A stretch of DNA of 64,000 nt from Octopus vulgaris (Eukaryota). The notes beneath the pieces are model-generated. The model was not told the origin of the DNA, did no database searches, and saw nothing but the letters and a program-made list of their open reading frames with translations. Below are positions 1-15,199 of the stretch, piece by piece. A program made the translations under genes and the position numbers. Every line of letters begins with the position of its first letter. Positions within the stretch are counted from its first letter, which is position 1. The DNA lies in NCBI GenBank assembly GCA_951406725.2, contig OX597816.1, positions 160,704,001-160,768,000 on the forward strand, read 5' to 3'.

Positions 1-61
1 GGCTAATGAACGATAACAACATCCCTTCCAGGACAGCCATATTATGTTGGTAATTAGCTTT

Positions 62-270
<209 letters not shown>

Positions 271-1254
271 TGAGGGGAAGTCAAAGATTATCTGCACTTT
301 CGCCATAACATATCTTTACTATAGTCCCACTGCTTTCTGCACATGCGTGCTTATAGTTGGTACTATTGTGCTCACGTGATCGAAGTTTGAGCCTAATCGC
401 GCCAGTTTTCTTTCTGGCTTTACAGCGTAAGCATGGCCACTCCACTAGCAATGTACACCAAAGAAGAACAAAGAGAAGTGATCCGATTTTTCTGGTCGGA
501 AGGCATGTCAGGTGCTGAAAATCATCCACAATTAGCTCGACTTCTATAAAGTCTGTGCAAGATAGGTGCCAAGAGAGCTTACTGCAGAACACAAGCGTAA
601 ATGTTTTGAGGTCTGTCAACGTTTACTCGATCGCTACAACAACGAGGTCGATGAATTTTTGAGCAGATGAAACGTGGGTCCATCGTTATGAGGCAGAATC
701 CAAAAGACAGAGTATAGAGTGGGAACATACTGTATCGCCAGCGACGAAGAAATTCAAGACTCAGTCTTCCGCCGGAAAGGTGATGCCTAACCCTAATTTG
801 GAACTCTGAAGAGCCTATATTAGAAGACTACCTGGAAGAGGGTTGTATGATCAACAGTGCAAGATACAGTGCTTTACTGGCCAACAAACTGAAGTCAGCA
901 ATTCACACCAAACACCGAAGTTTGTTGTCGAAGGAAGTTATGGTGTGGCATTACAATGCACGCCCACACACGGCCGCTCTGACCGTTGAAACCATTAACC
1001 AATTGTGCTAAAAGTCTCAGATGAATTTTAGCACCTAACACACCTTCTGACCAGAGAAATCGAATCACTGCTCTTTGTTCCTCTTGTTAGTGGAGCTGCC
1101 ATGCTTAAGCTGTAAAGAAAATGGCGCGATCAGGCTCATACTTCGATCATGTGTCAACAATAGTAATAACTATAAGCAACATGCGCAGAAGGCAGTGTAA
1201 TAATAATAAAGATATGTTATGGTGAAAGTGCAGATAATTTTTGACTTCCACTTG
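271..1254 (+). mobile_element. Degenerate mariner transposon with TA target duplications and ~250-bp inverted ends
   Basis: TA|TGAGGGGAAGTCAAAGATTATCTGCACTTT at 269-300 mirrors AAAGTGCAGATAATTTTTGACTTCCACTTG|TA at 1225-1256; internal transposase remnant. Confidence 0.9.
433..1006 (+). pseudogene. Mariner transposase fragment (frameshifted, 3'-truncated)
   Basis: Hand translation: MATPLAMYTKEEQREVIRFFWSEG, VPRELTAEHKR (WVPxxL motif), DETWVHRYEAESKRQS, SAGKVM, HYNARPHTA (HDNARPH motif). Confidence 0.88.
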
Positions 1255-1269
1255 TATATATACATGTGT

Positions 1270-1338
1270 GCTTGTGTGTGTGAGTGTTTGTGTGTGTGTG
1301 TGTGTGTGTGTTTGTTTGTGTGTGTGTGTGTGTGCATG

Positions 1339-1410
<72 letters not shown>

Positions 1411-1485
1411 GGGGTGGATCGATCGATATATAGATAGTTAGAAAGACAGAGGGGTGGGTCGATAGATAGATAGATAGATAGAGAG

Positions 1486-1537
<52 letters not shown>
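1270..1537. repeat. (GT)n and (GATA)n microsatellites
   Basis: Direct reading. Confidence 0.95.
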
Positions 1538-1932
1538 TCACTCAACAGAACTGGCTTCCTAAAACTGATTTGAATCAATTCCCTGCATACTGAACTGTAA
1601 TTAAATATAAACTTAGTGTCTTGTTCAGACAGTAGAAAATTAAAGCAACAAAAATATATAGATTTACTCACTTATTTACAACAACAACAGCAACAACAAC
1701 AACAACAACAACAGAAACAAAAATAGCTGTCGTCATGTAAGCCTGAAACGCATTTTATTTCACTCAAACTGGGTTTTTTTTTTAGATTTTTTTTTTTCGC
1801 TTCTACGTTCTCTACAAAATTTCTTCAATAATTTTACTTTTTTAGTATGGATTAAAGTTTATTTTAAAATCAAAATCTAACCTTTAAACTTGTAGTCAAT
1901 TCGATTAGTCATCTTTCAAAACTGTTGCATCG

Positions 1933-2000
<68 letters not shown>

Positions 2001-2329
2001 CATCATAGACGCCATCATCATAACATTAGGTTCCGAGATCGGAAATTTCATTGGCTTCGTTCGGAAAGAATTTACTGCAGCAATTTATATTCTCTGTAGA
2101 TGCGTTTGCTCAAATGAATAATTACATAAATTGAATTAGACATCTATACCTTTTCCGTGCAAATAACATAAATTCTTGGCTTGTAAAAATAGGATTCCAC
2201 TTAACATGAATATTTTCCATTTATTAAGAATCCGCCTAAGAGTGCTCTGGTATCTTCATTTTTGCATGTGTACGCGAGTGTGTATTTCCATGTGTCTATA
2301 CTATATACGTTGATATGCAAAATACACAT

Positions 2330-5309
<2,980 letters not shown>

Positions 5310-5404
5310 AGAGTTTACGAAAAAACAAAAGACGAAGATAGGTGGTGTACAAAACAAACAAATGTATTAGTATAACGCTCAGGAATAGAAAATATATATA
5401 TATA

Positions 5405-5562
5405 CCGGGATTCTTTCAGTTTCCGTCTACCAAATCCACTCCTAAGGTTTCGGTCAGCCCGAGCCTATAGTAGAAGACACTTGTCTAATTTCCCACGTTG
5501 CAGGACTGAACCCGGAACCATGTGGCTAGAAAGCAAACTTCTTATCATGCAGCCAAGCCTGC
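5405..5562 (-). mobile_element. tRNA-derived SINE family A, 5' part
   Basis: Reverse complement of the head of the full copy at 18381-18803. Confidence 0.85.
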
Positions 5563-5639
5563 ATATATATTGTGTGTGTGTGTGTGTGTGTGTGCGTGCG
5601 TGTGCGTGTACATGTATATACGTGTATGTACGTATTATA

Positions 5640-5990
5640 TTCGTCATCATCCATATCATCTTTTTCCACGCTTAGTTTTATCGCCTTTATATCATCATTC
5701 GTTTCGTTCTTACATCATTTCCCCAATAAGACCAAAACAAGCTGAGATCTGACTTCTACGCGTATTCCTGTATTTTTACGAGTTTATTTTGACTCCGCTA
5801 TAACTACCTTCTGCTGTCAGCATACCGCACCGAATCACCTTCCATTCATCGCATTATATTTACACGTAATCACATGTCAGCTTCTCTGCACACATTAGTG
5901 TGATGCCCTCAATGCCCAGCTTCTCTATCTCAGTTCACTTGTTCTCCGTTTTCAAACAAGATAACGTTTGGCATCCAATGTGTCATACTC
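5640..5990 (-). mobile_element. Highly decayed RTE-like LINE 3' fragment
   Basis: Minus-strand (frameshifted) translation ELREKLGIEGIT resembles the RTE post-RT region; (CAT)-like tail at ~5643. Confidence 0.4.
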
Positions 5991-6509
5991 AATTCATATA
6001 TTTATCTGATTCAATCTCCGTAGCTCTTCGACATTAAATATCCAATTCTTATCACGTTTTTCACAAGCTTCGAGTAGACCAGTGCTTTTCACAGAGGGCG
6101 GTACTGCCCTCTAGCGACGGTGGGAAGTTTTATATGAGTACTAAGGCAATACGAGTTGTAAGAGGTGAGATAGATGCTTCATTTAATTGCCCTAATTTTT
6201 CAAAACATATTTTCAGTTTTTATTCTATGTGTGAAGCTTGAAATGTTTTGGCATTCTGTATTATATTGGTGAAATAACATACGTGCAAGTGTTCTTATAA
6301 TGGCCACCGACGAGAAATGACGAAGCGTAAACTAACCGCGTCGGTTGTTAGCTGTCAGGACACAGAACCCTTCAAAGCGCTCATGCTTCCCGAAATAAGC
6401 TAGTACTACTCCCAATGTACCTATGCACCCTTTTCTCGTAAAGTCTCCTTGAGTGTTCACTTTTCTGTCTTTTCTTATTTTATTTTGTGTTACTGGTATT
6501 CATTACTGT

Positions 6510-6898
6510 GTGGAGGCACAATGGCCCAGTGGTTAGGGCAGCGGACTCGCGGTCATAGGATCGCGGTTTCGATTCCCAGACCGGGCGTTGTGAGTGTTTA
6601 TTGAGCGAAAACACCTAAACACACCACGAGGCTCCGGCAGGGGATGGTGGTGATCCCTGCTGTACTCTTTCACCACAACTTTCTCTCACTCTTACTTCCT
6701 GTTTCCGTTGGACCTGTATTTCAAGGGGCCGGCCTTGTCACTCTCTGTGTCACGCTGAATATCCCCGAGAACTACGTTAAGGGTGCACGTGTCTGTGGAG
6801 TGCTCAGCCACTTACACGTTAATTTCACGAGCAGGCTGTTCCGTTGATTCGGATCAACCGGAACCCTCATCGTCGAAACCGACGGAGTACTTCCATCC
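6510..6898 (+). mobile_element. Full-length tRNA(Arg-like)-derived SINE family C with 12-bp TSD
   Basis: A box TGGCCCAGTGG, B box GTTTCGATTCCC; ATTCATTACTGT duplicated at 6498-6509 and 6899-6910; near-identical inverted copy at 45503-45874. Confidence 0.92.
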
Positions 6899-7020
6899 AT
6901 TCATTACTGTCTTTTCTTGACTAATTTTTGTTTTCTTTTCCCTCTTTTCTGCAGTGTACCTGAGCACTGTAAGCAATAAACTCATTACTGTTATTTTAAT
7001 AGATGTTGTTGTTGTTATAT

Positions 7021-7230
7021 AAGGCGGCGAGCTGGCAGAAACGTTAGCACGCCGGGCGAAATACTTAGCGGTATTTCGTCTGCCGCAACGTTCTAAGTTC
7101 AAATTCCGCCGAGGTCGACTTTGCCTTTTATCCTTTCGGTTCAATAAAATAAATACCCCGTGAAGGTTGGGGTTGGAAACGACTTACCCCATTCTCAAAA
7201 TTGCTGGTCTGAAGATAAAATTAGAAAGAA
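7021..7230 (+). mobile_element. SINE family B
   Basis: AAGGCGGCGAGCTGGCAGAAACGTTAG...GTTCAAATTCCGCCGAGGTCGACTTTGCC; more than 10 copies in the window. Confidence 0.88.
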
Positions 7231-7369
7231 TTATCATAACCTATCGCCAGCAATTTTTTATCGAACTTTTTTTTTTGAATCGTAACAATGGGATGAGCGA
7301 AACTGAGTAAAGTTAAAAGGTCTGAGTAAAAGAGATAAGTTAAAAGGTTTGAGAAGATTTAACATAGAT

Positions 7370-7605
7370 CAGGGGTTTTCAATCCGTTTTTCCTATGAAC
7401 CCCCTTTGATTCTTGTTTTACTCGGGTGGACTCTCATATCCATTCACTGTTTAAAAAATCCTATTATGTTTTTAGAATTAATTATTGTTAGAAATTGTAT
7501 TTAAAAAATCGTAAAAAATATTTTGTGTATTGCAGAAATATAACCAATTTATTACAATTAAATTTTACCAAAATCTTATACAGACCCTCAAGAACCATAG
7601 GTGTA
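7370..7605. mobile_element. hAT-like MITE remnant
   Basis: Starts CAGGGGTTTTCAA, typical of hAT-derived ends; right end degenerate. Confidence 0.4.
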
Positions 7606-7975
7606 GACTGTGCTGTCTCATCTGATTGTTCAAGTTGGAGTAGTTTCTCACTTTCTCACTGGTTTTTCTCCATCAACACAACTACCATCTTAAAAAAAAA
7701 AAACATTGGATAATGTACTAGAAATACTACAGTTGAAGAAAAGGAGACGTGGTCATGGCTGGAACACTTCAGTTCATAAGTTCTACGCCATCAGGAGAAA
7801 CTTGGAAAATAAGAAAAGTACCAACTTCTCTCCAACAGTCAGAAGGTGTGTTTGCTTCAGTGATATTCCGGACACATTAATGATTGTCATGATTTATTTG
7901 AAGATCGTCTTGCAATCCGGGGCAATTATTGCCTATTTTCCCTCCGACGTAGAACAATAACGAATCCATCTATCC

Positions 7976-8069
<94 letters not shown>

Positions 8070-8089
8070 GTGTGTGTGTGTGCGTGCGA

Positions 8090-8164
<75 letters not shown>

Positions 8165-8308
8165 GGTATTTTTATATAAGCTTAAAGCTTATGTTGGTCA
8201 CCGTGCAATGACTAAGGAAAATGGTCTAATAAAGGGGCAATAAGCCCTCGAGAGTAAAAAGAAGGTTTTCCCATCCGCGTGGGAGGTGAACCCACATATA
8301 TGTATGTA

Positions 8309-8682
8309 CTAGCAGTATCGCCCGGCGTTGCTCAGGTTTGTAAGGGAAATAACTATAAAGCATTTTTAGAGAGTTATAGCCAAAAAATAGCAAAAAAATG
8401 GAAAAAAATGATGGTAAATTTTTTTTGAGAGTGAAAAAAGGTGGAGTTGCGTCCCCTAGACAGTTTGCGGTTTGTGTTTCTGATCCTCGACCCCATGTCG
8501 AATTTATCGATTTTTTTCAGAACTGGGGGAACTTTTCAAAATTTTCGCTACGTTAGTTTTGAATTATGACATTGGGCTATGTGTGTGTCAAGTTTCATCA
8601 GAATCGGTTGAAAGCCGTGGTCAGGGTGAGGGTACAAGCAAACAGACACACAGAAACACGCACAGACAAACTGCCGTTTATG
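8309..8682 (-). mobile_element. Non-autonomous Helitron
   Basis: Minus-strand 3' end: hairpin GAGCAACGCCGGG then GATACTGCTAG|T; same end at 32088 and 33225. Confidence 0.8.
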
Positions 8683-9305
8683 TATGTATGTATGTATGTA
8701 TGTATGTATGTATGTATATGTATGTATTCGTGCGCGAGCGCGTGTGAATTCATGTGTCTATGTTTTCGTAATGTTCTCTTTTCCTTTAGATGTTATCTGA
8801 AAAAGGAAAAAAAAAAAGTAATTTTTCCGGAGTATAACTTAGTAACATATTTTGGAAAATCACTGAAGATACAACCGAATTACAGTAACTGATTGTGACG
8901 AAGACAAATGGTAATTTATAGAGAAGTTGACAAATAATTTTCGAAGCAGTTAACCATAAATATTCTCTTTCACAATTTGTAATGCTCACATCTGCTGTGT
9001 TTATGACTTCCACGACAGTAAATCGTTTTTGTTTTCTGTCTCAAACGACTATGTCAAGTCTATATTTTGTTTACACTTTGTGAAATTATTTTATTGGAAT
9101 GTTCACACAAACATTACTTGTAATGGAACGTATGAATGTAGTCAATGTGAGAATATTTCAAAATGTTTATAGTAAGGTAGTTCTTAAAGACATTTTGGCG
9201 AAGGTGCTGATCGCTTCTCTAAAGTGTATCACTGATATGTGAGCTAGCCAACATTTTCTGTCACACCTTGATTTTAATGTCATTTTTGTTCAACAAATTA
9301 ATAGT

Positions 9306-9468
9306 CGCAGGCGTGGCTGTGTGGTAAGAAGCTTGATTCCCAATCATATAGTTCCGGGTTCAGCCCCACTGCGTGTCACCTTAAGCAAATGTCTTTTACT
9401 AAAACCTTGGGCCGACCAGACCCTTGTGAATGGATTTGGTTGGCTTGAAACTGAAAGAAACACGCCGT
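9306..9468 (+). mobile_element. SINE family A, 5' part
   Basis: Matches the head of 18381-18803. Confidence 0.85.
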
Positions 9469-9469
9469 T

Positions 9470-9497
<28 letters not shown>

Positions 9498-9501
<4 letters not shown>

Positions 9502-9809
9502 TAAATTAGAGACAAAACCACTATTAGGCAAATCAAACAATGAAAAACTTAAGCCAATACATATGATTAATTTATATTATGTAAATATATAACAAAATTA
9601 TTAAAAAATATAATTAATATCACACTACGATCGTTATATATTTAAATAATATAAATTAATCATATGTATTGGCTTAAGTTTTTCATTGTTTGATTTGTCT
9701 AATAGTGGTTTTGTCTCTAATTTAATATAATATAATATTTTACTATAAAATTGGATTCAATCCTAAATCTGATTTTTCCCTGTAAGTTTGGATTTATTCC
9801 CTAATATTT

Positions 9810-9825
<16 letters not shown>
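9498..9825. repeat. Foldback (inverted-duplicated) AT-rich element, same family as 56696-57045
   Basis: ATTATATTAAATTAGAGACAAAACCACTATTAG...AAGCCAATACATATGATTAAT is reverse-complemented at ~9650-9731; (TA)n on both sides. Confidence 0.85.
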
Positions 9826-9894
<69 letters not shown>

Positions 9895-9937
9895 TTATTT
9901 CTAATTTCTCTAAAGGAGACTACAATAGCGGTACTGG

Positions 9938-10188
9938 ATATTAATAGTTATAGTCAAGCTAATATGGCAGTCCAGAAAAATAGGATGAATGCTGCCGTTG
10001 ATTAGCTCCAAGGGGCCATCACCTCTAGCTAGCTATGTGAAACACAAACCTGTGTCCATTATAACCTTCGAACAGGGGAGGTCAGCAGCTTCCTCTTGCT
10101 GGTCTGGCATCCACAGACTAGTTTCGAAGGCAGCATTCGTCCTATTTGTCTGGACTGCCATGTTAGCTTGGCGATAACTATTAATATA
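9938..10188. repeat. Inverted repeat pair (~60-bp arms)
   Basis: ATATTAATAGTTATAGTCAAGCTAATATGGCAGTCCAG...GAATGCTGCC vs GGCAGCATTC...CTGGACTGCCATGTTAGCTTGGCGATAACTATTAATAT. Confidence 0.8.
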
Positions 10189-10197
10189 TATATATCG

Positions 10198-10395
10198 TGG
10201 TACTCCGTCGGTTACTACTACAAGGGTTACAGTCGATTCGATCAACAGAACAGCCTCCTCGTGAAATTAACATGCTAGTGGCTGAGCACTCCACAGACAC
10301 GTGTACCTTAACGTAGTTCTCGTGGAGATTCAGCGTGACAGAGTGGGACATGGCTGGCCCTTTGAAATACAGGTTCAACAGAAACAGGAAGAACA
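10198..10395 (-). mobile_element. SINE family C, 3' half
   Basis: Reverse complement of ~6700-6890. Confidence 0.85.
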
Positions 10396-10454
10396 AGAAG
10401 CACTAGCAACAAGCACTGGCACTAGACTCGGCAAAGAGAAATTTCGACACTCAA

Positions 10455-10609
10455 GAGTGGCTGTGTGGTAAGTAGCTTGCTTGCCAACCACATGGTTCCG
10501 GGTTCAATTCCACTGCGTGGCACCTTGGGCAAGTGTCTTCTACTATACACTAAGGCAGATCAAAGCCTTGTGAATGGATTTGGTAGGCAGAAGCTGAAAG
10601 AAGCCCGTC

Positions 10610-10660
<51 letters not shown>

Positions 10661-10765
10661 CGTGCTTCTTCAGTGCATAACTGGCACTTAATTTATCGAC
10701 CCCAAAAGGATGAAAGGCAAAGTCGACCTCGGCGTGCTAACGTTTCTGCTAACTTGCCGCCTTTG
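10455..10765. mobile_element. SINE A head (+, 10455-10610) followed by a deleted SINE B (-, ~10675-10765)
   Basis: Similarity to other copies in the window. Confidence 0.8.
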
Positions 10766-10924
10766 AGCTGGGGACCATATTACGCACCCCGACACGCATT
10801 GATGAACCATATGAACATACAGTGTAACTCTTTGAAAATGTTGCACTCTTTCCATTGTCCCTCTCTATTTTTGTTAAATTTGGTCTTAGCCACGCTGAAA
10901 GTGTGTAACGTACTATAATCGTAT

Positions 10925-11168
10925 TATCTCTCTCCCTCGTTTCTCCCCTCACTCTCACTCACTCATTATCACTCTTAAATTATCTCTCTCACTCCCCCTC
11001 TCTCTCTCTGTATTTATGTTTGTATCTGTTGGCCTTCTCCTCGTTCTCTCTCCCTCTCTGTATATGTCTGCCTTCTCCTTTTTCTTTCTCTCTGTCTTTA
11101 TGTCTCCCTCTCTTTCTCTCTTTCTCTCTCTCTCTCCTCTTTTACTGTATCTGTCTGCTCTCTCCTCA

Positions 11169-11202
<34 letters not shown>

Positions 11203-12051
11203 ATCTAACTCTCTCTGCCTGCCCTCCCCTCTCGGTCTATGTCTCTCTGTCTCTCTCTCACTATATCTGTCTGCCCTCTCCTCTCTATGTCTCTCTGTCT
11301 CTATGTCTCTCTGTCTCTCTCACCCTTTCTTCTCTCTCTCTCTCTCTCTCTCTCTTTGTCGCTCTATTTCCGTATCTCTCTGTCCTGTCCTCTGTCTCTG
11401 TCTCTCTGTCCCCCTTTCTCTCTCAACCCTACTCACTCTCTCTCTTTCTCTCTCTCTATATATATATCCATCTATTCTTTTGCACTATGTTATCTATAGA
11501 TACATACATATTTCTATGAATGAAGGTAGATGAATTCTATAGCGTGAGGAGTAATGAGTAATGTTCCATCTTGAGCTTTTTTTTTTCTTCTAAGAACCTC
11601 TCCCATAAACTACTCCGTTTTGGTTACTTTCAGCTCAAAGAGAAACTGGGAACTTTATTAGTCACATAACCCGATTTACTCTCTTTATTCATCCCTTAAA
11701 ATTTTTAGGAGTGTTTAGGCATCTGAGAAAGTGACTTCGAAAATAGGCAGTAGAGTGTGGGGGGTGTGGTGGAAAGAGAGAAACAGAGAGACAGAGAGGA
11801 GGAGGAAGAGGCGGAGAGAGGGAGAGAGAGAGAGCGAGAGAAAGAGAGCGAGAGAAAGAGAGCGATTGGTATAGACTAGTATGAGAGAAAGATATTGTAC
11901 TATATGCAAGTAAGGGTAAAAAAAAGGAACCGACTGATCGACAGACCGACATGCGTATACGTAAATATATATGCATACATACATACGCATATACATACAT
12001 ACATACATACATACATACATACATACATACATACATACATACATACATACA

Positions 12052-12083
<32 letters not shown>

Positions 12084-12231
12084 CATACATACATACATAC
12101 ATACATACATACATACATACATACATACATACGCATATACATACATACATACATACATACATACATACATGGACACACCCACATACATACATACATACAC
12201 ACATATATACACACATAGACACATACATACA

Positions 12232-12267
<36 letters not shown>

Positions 12268-12770
12268 TGTATGTATGTATGTATGCAAGTATGTATGTAC
12301 TCATGTATATACGCATAATGCAGAGAGAGAGGGAGAGAGAGAATGCAGGAGACATAGAATAGGGAGTAGAGACAGAGAGAAGGAATAGAAAGGAGAGACA
12401 GCAATAGAAGGCAATAACACGAGGACAGAGAGAGAGCGATAGAGACAGAGAGATCTGAGAGGGGGAGAGAGAGAGGAGGAGGAATAGGAGGAGGAATATG
12501 AGGAGGGGGGAGGAAGGGGAGTACGTAGGAGGGGGGAAGATGAGGTAGGAGGAGATATGAGGAGGAGGAGGAGGAGGGGGTAGGAGGAGGAGGAGGAGGT
12601 AGAAGGAGAAGGAGGGGTGAGGAGGAGGAGATAGAAGGAGAAGGAGGGAGGGGGAGGGGAGGGGTGGGGTGGGGGGAGGGGGAGGGGAGGGGATGAGGGG
12701 AGGGGGAGGGGGAGGGGAGGAGGAGGAGGAGGGGGAGCAGGAGCAGGAGCAGGGGCAGGAGGAAAAGAGA
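10925..12770. repeat. Low-complexity block: (CT)-rich tract, (TACA)n/(TATG)n, (GA)/(GGA)/(GGGGA) purine tract
   Basis: Direct reading. Confidence 0.93.
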
Positions 12771-13489
12771 GAACGAAAGGAATCGTTAAGGCAATTGTAC
12801 TCTTGATTTATGAGAATGGAGGAAGATTGACTTTTATGATTAGTTCATGCTAATATGTTCGGATGTCTACTTTTACTCTCCCAAATTTCTCTCACAAGAG
12901 CCTGAAACTGTTTTTATTCGTTTTTCTTTTTCTTTTCGTCATTTTTAACTTGCCTCGGTACTTGTTAAAGAAAATAATGTTTACATTAGGGTAGAATTTC
13001 AGGCATCAATTATCGACCAAAAACGAAATGAGCGTGGGAAATACTGGGTTTGTCCTCTTTATCCCCTTTACAACCACCCCCGACTCAGCTCCTTATCCTA
13101 TCACAAATAGAGCCGAGATTTTATGACAGAGCAATAAAACAGAAATTATCCACAAAAAAACTCATTGAAGTATAGCGTTTTTCCTTGAAACAGCCAAACC
13201 AAAGACACACTGGTTGGTTCCTTCGTTTTTTCTCCCCTTCTGTTTTCTTTTCATTCTCTCTTTCATTCCCCCCACCCACGCCACTTTTTCTTTTACTAAA
13301 TAACTTACAACAACAACAACAAAACTTAATGGCATAAGGAATTACTTCTGAAAGTGCTTTCGTCATTAAAGCTACAAAGCTTATCAGCACACAACCCAGT
13401 TTCATTAGGCATTCAGACTTAGCAGGTTTCTAGGCACTTTAGCTTTCTCTTCTTTCTTCTCTTTCTTACCTTCTCTCCTTCCCTCTCTA

Positions 13490-13538
<49 letters not shown>

Positions 13539-13774
13539 CTACCGAAAAATTGTCACTTATTATATATATATCTATATATATATATTATTAAGGTGGCTAT
13601 TCGCAATTTAGAACCGATAAGCAACAAGTACAGTTGTCACAGAAGTGACGGAAGGTGCTAGTAAGCACCAGTATTGCTAGAAATAGAAGTCAAAACAACT
13701 CTTAGCTACGTGAGAGCACTTTTCTAACGGCTGACGAGGGAGACAGACTCCCTCCCTACGACAAGCAAGATGAA

Positions 13775-13820
13775 GTCATATCAGCGCTGAATTCAGATTT
13801 AATTAACCTTCATCAGTGAC
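13775..13820 (-). ncRNA. Type-I hammerhead ribozyme motif, one core mismatch
   Basis: Minus: GTCA CTGATGA AGGTTAATTAAATCT GAAT TCAGCGCTGA TA TGAC; stem I GTCA/TGAC, palindromic stem III, GAAT for GAAA. Confidence 0.65.
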
Positions 13821-13891
13821 CTTTTACTTTGTCACCGAGGGTTAAAGAACTTAAGTCACCCTGTCAGCTTTTTATAGAACACTATAGGAAA

Positions 13892-13958
<67 letters not shown>

Positions 13959-14373
13959 GGTCAGAGTAAGATATATATATATATATATATATATATATCT
14001 TACTCTGACCGTGCCTCTCTTGGTAAATACTTATTTAAAGTTACACACATACATACATACATACATACATACATACATACATACATACATACATACATAC
14101 ATACATACATACAGTCATGAATATATGCATATGCACACATACGTACATATCAATTAGTTAATGACAGAAGCAAAACAAAAGTTAAGCAATCACTGTTTCT
14201 GTTATGAGTAACCGAACACCCAGAGCTGAGTATGAATGCTACCTCAGAGCCAATTTATTGAAGCATTTCTTTATTGCGGAAAACGTTTAGATATAGATAT
14301 ATAATTGGTACACTCAGACGCACATACAACATACACTTATGAGGATAAAATCACCTAGATACGTTCATATACG

Positions 14374-14426
<53 letters not shown>

Positions 14427-15199
14427 ACACACACACATACACATATATATGCATATATAGGTACAGGACGTCACCAACTGTGCAAATAACATGCAATACG
14501 TAAGCAAACGGGTTAAATACATGAACGAGAGAAAAAATGGAAAATAGGACAAGTAAACATAGAGAAAGGACCCTTCATCAGTTGTCGGTTATCTATCTAC
14601 TCCTCATTTTGAGCATTTAACGACAACTTCTTGAGTCTTCAATGATGGTTGCTCCCATAAATTCTAAAATAAAATTTAGGATTTATGGAGGGTCAAAGTT
14701 GGGAACAAAACAGGGCAGTGGAGACATACAAGGAAACCGAACGAAAACAAGCATGGAGGGTCGTGAGACCAGAACGAGAGGGAAATAGTGAACGCTGGGA
14801 GAAATACTTTCTTTGAAAAGGGAAAAGATAGAAAAGAGAGAAAAAACGTCCTCCCTTTTGAACGACCATGCAGGAAAAGAAAGATGGTCACGTGAGGAAA
14901 AGAAAGACGGACGATACTCACGTATGAGCAACGAGAGAGAAAAAAAGAGAAAGAGGGAAGAGAGAGAGACAGGTAGAAAACGGTGAAAGAGGGTGTGGGA
15001 GAAAAGGAAATTAGAGAAGGATGGAGGAACAAAATAGTACAGAATAGAGTCGCATCAAAAAGGTGAAGATAAACTCACTTGGAAATGGATGCATATATAA
15101 ACATATGTATCTCTAGGTGATTTTATCCTCATAAGTGTGTTATTTTGTATGTGTGTCTGAATATACCAAGTATATATCTATATCTAAATAACAACATCC

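Noticed and set aside
6510-6585. tRNA-like sequences at SINE heads (also 18381, 36531, 45800, 50740)
   Set aside because: Followed by SINE bodies, several flanked by TSDs; not functional tRNA genes.
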